From IMG/VR virus record IMGVR_UViG_3300049733_000144, positions 1-61,214 of that record: a stretch of 61,214 nt of DNA. One strand, 5' to 3'. Source of the DNA: a virus. Taxonomy: Duplodnaviria; Caudoviricetes. This document shows positions 55,260 to 61,214 of this stretch, piece after piece (within the stretch, counting starts at the first letter, position 1; each line of letters starts with the position of its first letter). A program made the translations under genes and the position numbers. The notes beneath the pieces were generated by a model that made no database searches, was not told the DNA's origin, and saw only the letters and a program-made list of their open reading frames with translations.

Positions 55260-56675
55260 TCAGGTTGTCATCAAGAGCTGCCCGCGAACCATCCCTGCGA
55301 AGACCTTCGCCGCGGCTTCGACTTCGGCGTCGTCTTCTTCTTCTGTATTTTGTTGTTGTTCTGAATCGGCCGGTTCCTCGGCGGCTGGACTCGGCGCTGT
55401 CGCGAATGGATTTTCCTGACTGTCGCGCTTGTCGAGCGCCGCCAGGCTGTAATTTTGCTGCTGCAGGTACGGAGTGTCGCCGCCTTTGACTGGCTTGAGA
55501 TCGAATTTCTTTCGCGCCTCGTTAGGAGCAATGATACCGGCCCTGACTCCGTCGCCGGCAGTTTTCACTTTGGTCGGGGTGTCCATTCGCAGCAAATCAT
55601 CGAGATCAAACTCAGTGCCATATGTTTTGCCGACTATCGTCGTCAGACCAAGTCCCTCGTCTAGGCACAATTCAAGCGCTTCGATCATGCCTTGCAGGCA
55701 CTGAGTGTAATACTGAATTTGCAGAGCTTCGATGTTGTTGTACGTCGGCATGTCGCCTATGCCGATCATGTACGGAGGCACGTGAAAACAAGTGCAAACG
55801 GTTTCGGACGTCCATTTCAACTGATCAACGAGTTGACTGTCGACGGCGTTGACCGTCATCGACTCGTACTTGAGCCCGTCGCCGAGCACGGCGACTTTGC
55901 CGACTTTGTCTCCGCTGTAATTTTCTTCCCAGTATCTCTTCAGTCGCTCGGCGGTTTCCTCAGGAATGTTCGCTGGAGCGGTCAAGATGCCACCGGGTTG
56001 AGATCCGTTGGCAAAAAATTTCATCGAGTTGCCCTGGATGTTCAGACCTTGCAGAGCCGCGAGTGCGCAGGCGCTGATTGGACTGACGCCGCACAGCGGG
56101 TGGTAAAGCGGGCACATCACGTCGTGAATGATCTCTGACGCCGGCACCTCTATGCTTTCAAACTCTTGACCGGACAAATAGTCGCGCCCGATGGAATAAT
56201 ACACGGAACCATCCGGCGACGTGAGCACGCGCGTGCGACACGGATCCAAGACATACATACGAACGACAATGCCGCGCAAGTCGCGTTCCAGCAGCACATA
56301 GGTGTTGCCGTGCAGCAATTTCGAGACGATCCACTGCTGAAAAAATTGAAACCTGTTCTGATAGCGATTCGGCTTGCGAAGCACGGGACTGAACGCGTTC
56401 GAATAAATCTCGCTCCAGATGCCGTTGTCGTCCTGCTCGACGAGCTTGCAGCGCAATTTGGCGACATCGGACGCGATCAGCGTGACGCAGGCGTAGATCG
56501 CGTGGAAGCGCGTCAGGCCAGGCGCGCGCTCCTCCATGTTCTGCTGCCACGCGCCGGTGAACGGCTCGCGCACGGGTGGCCAGTACCAGCCAGGATAAGG
56601 TCCACCGACAACGTTGAGCGGCTGGGTCGGCACGGCCTTGCTGGCGCGCGTTATGTCGAATCCAAACAAGCGCAC
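55260..56675 (-). CDS. HK97-family portal protein
   Basis: AIYACV..IASDVAKL, KPN, LLHGN.Y, GVSPI, FF.NG..PGGIL, PNEAR. Confidence 0.95.
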   Translation of the reverse strand: MRLFGFDITRASKAVPTQPLNVVGGPYPGWYWPPVREPFTGAWQQNMEERAPGLTRFHAIYACVTLIASDVAKLRCKLVEQDDNGIWSEIYSNAFSPVLRKPNRYQNRFQFFQQWIVSKLLHGNTYVLLERDLRGIVVRMYVLDPCRTRVLTSPDGSVYYSIGRDYLSGQEFESIEVPASEIIHDVMCPLYHPLCGVSPISACALAALQGLNIQGNSMKFFANGSQPGGILTAPANIPEETAERLKRYWEENYSGDKVGKVAVLGDGLKYESMTVNAVDSQLVDQLKWTSETVCTCFHVPPYMIGIGDMPTYNNIEALQIQYYTQCLQGMIEALELCLDEGLGLTTIVGKTYGTEFDLDDLLRMDTPTKVKTAGDGVRAGIIAPNEARKKFDLKPVKGGDTPYLQQQNYSLAALDKRDSQENPFATAPSPAAEEPADSEQQQNTEEEDDAEVEAAAKVFAGMVRGQLLMTT

Positions 56676-56680
56676 GCGGG

Positions 56681-56926
56681 TCAGTCCTCAGCTTTCATGT
56701 CGCGACGGCGATACTGATGCCGACGGACTGTCTCGGCGAGCGTGGCTCTTTCTTCTGGCGACGGCTCTTTCTTCGGAGGCGGCTGCGGCGCTGGCTTGTC
56801 GCGTTTTGGCTTGGTGATGCGCGCGAACAGCTTGGCTTCGGTCGGCGTGACATCGATCTCGTCGCCCTGGCCGTAGTACACGCCGCGATGCTTGAGGCGC
56901 TTCTTGCTGGTGACCACGACTTTCAT
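56681..56926 (-). CDS. Small basic head-associated protein
   Basis: Between capsid and portal; C-terminal YRRRDMKAE. Confidence 0.65.
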   Translation of the reverse strand: MKVVVTSKKRLKHRGVYYGQGDEIDVTPTEAKLFARITKPKRDKPAPQPPPKKEPSPEERATLAETVRRHQYRRRDMKAED

Positions 56927-57132
56927 GGGAAAGGCTCCTCCGAGATTTTTGCCTCGCGTTCGAGATAAAACACCTCATAACGTGACCTCTGATACACGCC
57001 CTCGACCACGGCAACCGTAATCAGACGCCAGCCATCAACCGCGAAATCATTCAACACGTTGTCGGCCGAATGATAAGCGGCACCATACTCGTGCTCGCGG
57101 TAGAACGACTTGTATTCTTTGAGCGTCGACAT
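56923..57132 (-). CDS. Small hypothetical (DUF4177-like) protein
   Basis: EYK...LN.FA.DGWRLI...YLERE. Confidence 0.5.
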   Translation of the reverse strand: MSTLKEYKSFYREHEYGAAYHSADNVLNDFAVDGWRLITVAVVEGVYQRSRYEVFYLEREAKISEEPFP

Positions 57133-57151
57133 GTCACAGCACTCGTCTTAG

Positions 57152-57186
57152 AAAAAGTGGACAGCAGCGGGCTCACCGCTGTCCAC
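57152..57186 (-). terminator. Intrinsic terminator after the major capsid gene
   Basis: GTGGACAGC/GCTGTCCAC 9-bp stem followed by TTTTT on the minus strand. Confidence 0.75.
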
Positions 57187-57194
57187 CTTCCGCA

Positions 57195-59225
57195 CTACTC
57201 GGCATATTTCGCGTTCTGGATGTAGCCGACCGCGTTGTCGCGGGCCTTCTTCCAGGTGATCCAGCGCTCGCCCTTGACCGCGACCATGTTGTGCTGCCAC
57301 AAGCTGACGAGTACAGTAGACGCGGTGGCCGGCGAATCTGGCGCCGAATCCATCTGCAGCGACGCTTCGCGCGAAACATCGATGCTGACCGTGCCGTCGT
57401 CGGCCAGCATGATCTGGTTGGCGATGGCGAAGATCAGCGGATAGCCGTCCGTCGGGCTGCCGCCGGTGGCCGGGATGTTCTCCGATGCCACCACGGGGAA
57501 ACCGTAGAACGAGCCGCCGCGCGGCGTCACTCCGGGGAACTCCGGATTACCCAGCGTGTTAACCATCATGGAGATCGCGATGGCCTGCTGCTCGGTCATG
57601 ATCCAGTGACCGGTCGACGTGGACAGGTTGTTGGACGCGATGGTCGAGAACAAAGTCTTGACGTCGGTGCGAAGCGCCGCGGCGGTCGTGCCGGTAGCGG
57701 TAACTGCCGAAACGCCGTTGGTGATCGACGCCGGGCTGACGCCGCTCTCTTCGGCCTTGGTCGGATCGATGAAATCGCGGTCCATTTTCTCCGTGATCTC
57801 GTTGACCAAGTTGTTGCGGATCAGGCCCTCGGCCGCCGGGTTGCTCAGCCGCCAGAGCTCCTCGGTCAGCGGCACGATGCCGGCGATCTTGTGGTGCTCC
57901 ATCGTGACAGTGTCGAACGCAAGCTGGCTGACAGGCTTGACTTTGCCTTCTCCGACCCAGTTCACGGTCGCGCCGCCGGTCTGCCGCGGAACTTTGACCT
58001 TGAACGGGACGCGGAGGAGCCCAGAGATGCGGCCGATGATCGACTGCGCGAACAGCAGCTCGATCAGCGCGTTCTGCATGTTCTGGTACACGACCAGCGG
58101 TCCGGCCCACGTCGAGTCAGTCGTGGTGCCCGGGTTCTGAGCCGCGCGAAGCTGAGTGACGAGCTCGATTTCAGGACAGTGCGGATACAGGAACCGAGCC
58201 TGCTCGCTGGCGGAGATGCCCTCGAGGCGAGCTCCGAACTTGGCGAGCGCGAGCCGGAACAGTCCGAGGCTCATGTCCATCGGCGGCCGTGCGGAGATGA
58301 CGCGGTTGTCGCCGTTGGATTTGCCGGAGCGCGCGTCGGAAGCCTTCTGAGCGTCGTCGACGCGACCGATCGCGATGGCTTGCTTCTTGTTGTGCTCTTC
58401 CTGGCGCCGCAGCCGCACCAGGTGCTCGTCGATCTTCTTGACATCCAGCTCGAGCGCGTCGTATTCCTGCGACTGCTCGTCGTCCAGGGTCACCTGCTCT
58501 TCGGCAGCCTTGTTCATCAGCGCGGCCATGCGCTCGGACTTCGCCAGTCGCGTGGCCTCGTAAGCCGAGATCTGCTCGGCGATCGTCTGTTTCATGACGA
58601 TACCTTTCTTGACAGACGGATTCGTTGATGCCGCGACGCCGGCGGATTTGGCGACACCGCGCTGCTTGCCTGACGCGGCCAGCTTGGCGTCGTGGTCAGA
58701 ACGCAAGGCAACGTAATCAAAGCCGTCGTCCTTGTCGCGCGACGCCGCGTCGACTGCTTTGAGTGCCGTTATGCTCGCGTCAGAGTTGGCTGGTATGGTG
58801 ACCAGGCTGAGCTCGAGAACTTCGGTCTCGACGAACCGGATGCCTCGGCCATCGGCCTCGTCCATGAAGTTGAACTCGATCGGCCTGAAGCCGATGGACA
58901 CGCCGCGAACCAGGCCGAGCTTGACGGACTGCCAGGCCTCGTCCAGGCGGTCTTTCAAGTTTCCGGCATCTTCGGTGTCGGCGATCCTGGCTCGAAATCT
59001 GATGCCGTCCTTCGTGGCCTTCGCGAACGTGGCGTGGCCCACCGGTTGAGTGCGGTCGTGCTGCCACAGCAGAGGGAGGGGGTTCTTGAACTGCACTCCC
59101 AGTGGTTCTATGATGTCGCCGAGGCGGTCCGGCGTCGGCGTCGTGGCCACGCCTTCGATGACTCGCTGATCTTCCTTGATCGCCTTGACTTCGAGAACGC
59201 TGTAAGCTCTGCCGATCTGTGTCAT
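57195..59225 (-). CDS. Prohead protease-major capsid fusion (HK97 fold)
   Basis: DRLGD, LLWQHD..PVG, GVSIGF, ELSLVTIPAN (protease); coiled coil; VPRQ..GA..WVGEG..KP (capsid); TGATG coupling with terL. Confidence 0.93.
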   Translation of the reverse strand: MTQIGRAYSVLEVKAIKEDQRVIEGVATTPTPDRLGDIIEPLGVQFKNPLPLLWQHDRTQPVGHATFAKATKDGIRFRARIADTEDAGNLKDRLDEAWQSVKLGLVRGVSIGFRPIEFNFMDEADGRGIRFVETEVLELSLVTIPANSDASITALKAVDAASRDKDDGFDYVALRSDHDAKLAASGKQRGVAKSAGVAASTNPSVKKGIVMKQTIAEQISAYEATRLAKSERMAALMNKAAEEQVTLDDEQSQEYDALELDVKKIDEHLVRLRRQEEHNKKQAIAIGRVDDAQKASDARSGKSNGDNRVISARPPMDMSLGLFRLALAKFGARLEGISASEQARFLYPHCPEIELVTQLRAAQNPGTTTDSTWAGPLVVYQNMQNALIELLFAQSIIGRISGLLRVPFKVKVPRQTGGATVNWVGEGKVKPVSQLAFDTVTMEHHKIAGIVPLTEELWRLSNPAAEGLIRNNLVNEITEKMDRDFIDPTKAEESGVSPASITNGVSAVTATGTTAAALRTDVKTLFSTIASNNLSTSTGHWIMTEQQAIAISMMVNTLGNPEFPGVTPRGGSFYGFPVVASENIPATGGSPTDGYPLIFAIANQIMLADDGTVSIDVSREASLQMDSAPDSPATASTVLVSLWQHNMVAVKGERWITWKKARDNAVGYIQNAKYAE

Positions 59226-60796
59226 CACAGGACCATCATTTGAAACTCGGGGACCCTCTCCGGCACAGTGGCTGGCACGGCTCCAAGAGCCATGGCCAGA
59301 GCCACCATGCCGTCTATGCTGCCGCTGGACTTGTCTTTGGCCAGCTTCCTGTTCCCTGCCGCGTCTGTGGTGACCACGCTGTTGACGGCGCACATGGTCA
59401 TGATCGGGTGGTTGCCGTGAGCGATTCTCTTGTTGAGCATCTCGGCCTCGAGGTCGCGAAGCGCCGGACTCATCGACTTGAATCCCTGGCCGAACTCCAC
59501 GAAGTGATCTTCGATCATCTTCTCCGTGAAGCCGGACATCAGGAGCCACGGCTTGAGATGCTTGAAGTTCCAGATGTCGAACGCGATCTTGTCGATCTTG
59601 TGCGAGTCGAACAGCTTCCTGAGGCACGACGCGACGAAGCTGTAGTCCACGGACTTGCCGGGAGCGAGGAGGAGGTGGCCCTCTCTGGCCCACACGTCGT
59701 ACGGAACTCTGTCGCTCCTGGCCTTGTCTGTCAGGCCCTCCGACGGCAGCCAGAACGACGGGTGAACTTGCCAGACACCTCCGACGTTGCCGATCAGAAC
59801 CAGCGCCGTCAGGTCTTTGACTGACGACAGATCGAGGCCGCCGTAGACTCTCACTTTGTCTATCGACTTCGGCGCGTCTCCGCAGGATTTCCACAGCGAC
59901 GGCGACACGAACGGCGACGTGGCGTCGACGCGCTGGTTCAGGATCAGGTTGCGATATTCTGACTCGCGGGCCGGCATGCGTTCGGCGTCTCGAGCCATGG
60001 CCATGACTTCGTCGCGGTTGAGAAAATAATCGAACGCCGGATTAGCTAGCCTGATAGAGTCCTCAGAGAACGGATCGGCGTCCTCTGGCACGGTGTCCAG
60101 CCTGAGCACAACTCTGGGATCGTGGGCGGCGGTGGCGTCGTCGATCAGGATGGAAAGAAGGTCAGCGTCGGTCGGCGCCTGAGTGGAGATGACGATCGAC
60201 AGAGGCGCCTCTTGCGCGGCCGTCGCGGTCTCGAGAGCCTCGTAGAGCTCGGATCGCGGGCCGCGGACCTGGCCCAGCTCGTCGTGAACTATCAGAGCCG
60301 GAGACAGGCCGTACGCGGTGGTGGCCTCTGCCGACAGGGCTCTGTACTGAGTGCCGAGCATGGGACAGAGGAGCTGCTTGGCCGTGTCTCTGATCTGGAT
60401 CACGTCGCTGAGGTCTTGGCTCATGCGGACGATCTTGGCCGCGAGCGCGAACAGGAGGGCCGCCTGATCTCTGGACTGGGCCGCGCTGTACAAGTTGCTG
60501 TTGGGCCTGTGCTCCGGGCCGCAGAGGTGAAGGAGAACTATGATCGCGGCCTCGAACGTCTTTGCGTTCTTGCGGGCTCGGCTTATGATGGCGCGGCGCG
60601 TGCCGGCGGGGTTGTCGTAGATCTGGCGGAAATCCTCCGCCATGTAAGGCGCCAGGACCAGTTGATTTCCGACGAAGCGCCCCTCCGGTATCCGGCAGAA
60701 TCTCTGGACCCAGCGGGCGTTGCGCTCGGATCTGGATTCACTCGTTTTCTTCTTGCCAGGGGGCTTTCTTCTTCCTGCCGCCGACCGGATGGCCAT
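59225..60796 (-). CDS. terL: Terminase large subunit
   Basis: ARKNAKT Walker A, VHDE, ISTQ, ANPA, GGLDLS..DLTA, IDGMVALAMA. Confidence 0.95.
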   Translation of the reverse strand: MAIRSAAGRRKPPGKKKTSESRSERNARWVQRFCRIPEGRFVGNQLVLAPYMAEDFRQIYDNPAGTRRAIISRARKNAKTFEAAIIVLLHLCGPEHRPNSNLYSAAQSRDQAALLFALAAKIVRMSQDLSDVIQIRDTAKQLLCPMLGTQYRALSAEATTAYGLSPALIVHDELGQVRGPRSELYEALETATAAQEAPLSIVISTQAPTDADLLSILIDDATAAHDPRVVLRLDTVPEDADPFSEDSIRLANPAFDYFLNRDEVMAMARDAERMPARESEYRNLILNQRVDATSPFVSPSLWKSCGDAPKSIDKVRVYGGLDLSSVKDLTALVLIGNVGGVWQVHPSFWLPSEGLTDKARSDRVPYDVWAREGHLLLAPGKSVDYSFVASCLRKLFDSHKIDKIAFDIWNFKHLKPWLLMSGFTEKMIEDHFVEFGQGFKSMSPALRDLEAEMLNKRIAHGNHPIMTMCAVNSVVTTDAAGNRKLAKDKSSGSIDGMVALAMALGAVPATVPERVPEFQMMVL

Positions 60797-61169
60797 TCAG
60801 ATTCACCAGTGACTGTTGAGTGAGCCTCATCTTCGTGGCTAACATGGCGATGGTCCTGGACTCACGCTCCTGCATGGCCAGCATGACGTTCCGCTCTTCC
60901 ATCGTCGTCGGCGGCGCGTCAGCCAGCTGTTCCGCTATCCTCCTGGCCTGGACCACGTGACGGCAGAACTGGACCAGGACGGGATAAGTTCCTGGCGTGA
61001 ACCACTCTGCCGGAGCGGCGTCAACCACCAGGTGCCACGTGTCGCGCTCTTCTCTGCTGGTGAGCTCGCGCGGCGGCTGCGGGCGCTCGATCCGCTCGAG
61101 GACGTCGGTCCGCGGGCCTCCGATCATCATGTTCAAGGCCGCCGCACTTATTCTGCCGCGCTGCTTCAC
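60738..61169 (-). CDS. Terminase small subunit
   Basis: Upstream of terL; P.PP..L....W...........L.QFC....LATKMRLT..S (P27-type pattern). Confidence 0.75.
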   Translation of the reverse strand: MKQRGRISAAALNMMIGGPRTDVLERIERPQPPRELTSREERDTWHLVVDAAPAEWFTPGTYPVLVQFCRHVVQARRIAEQLADAPPTTMEERNVMLAMQERESRTIAMLATKMRLTQQSLVNLNGHPVGGRKKKAPWQEENE

Positions 61170-61214
61170 GTTAGCCCCTGATCTCGGCGGAAATGCACAT
61201 TAAAGTTTTTGTGG

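Larger units (their letters stand above)
1..61214. mobile_element. Near-complete or complete tailed dsDNA phage genome (siphovirus-like, probably lytic)
   Basis: Terminase, portal, protease-capsid, tail, tape measure, lysis and replication genes are all present. The window ends join HNH (start) to terS (end) in the usual order. No host housekeeping genes, integrase or repressor were recognised. Confidence 0.93.

Noticed and set aside
59226-59894. N-terminal extension of the 899-aa capsid ORF
   Set aside because: It lies inside terL in another frame. The protease starts at 59225 by TGATG coupling.
1-61214. Prophage / lysogeny module
   Set aside because: No integrase, CI-like repressor, ParA or flanking host genes were recognised. 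The ParB-like ORF alone is insufficient.

Overview
The window looks like an essentially complete ~61 kb tailed (siphovirus-type, HK97-fold) phage genome, opened between the HNH gene and terS. No integrase or repressor is recognisable, so it is probably lytic; the host is likely alphaproteobacterial (inference). Layout: (i) minus-strand HNH-ATPase, NusG-like factor, AT-rich putative origin and primase-helicase (1-4 kb); (ii) plus-strand replication/nucleotide-metabolism operon with an FAD oxidoreductase, FkbM methyltransferase, divergent ThyX, HAD phosphatase, DnaQ, UDG-like protein, DnaE and VRR-NUC (4-14.3 kb); (iii) small early genes behind a repeated promoter/RBS cassette, then an SNF2 helicase (14.3-23.3 kb); (iv) a ~38 kb minus-strand late operon for packaging, head, tail and lysis, containing a ~9 kb glycosyl/methyl/acetyltransferase island. 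The standout is at 7.15-8.04 kb. A stand-alone Cas7/RAMP-like gene, interrupted by a 1-nt frameshift, is flanked by two non-coding arrays of perfectly phased GGY-NN pentamers (13 and 24 units). No CRISPR array or other cas gene is present, making this a candidate RNA-guided system whose information sits in the variable dinucleotides. All calls come from motif reading by eye; no searches were run.
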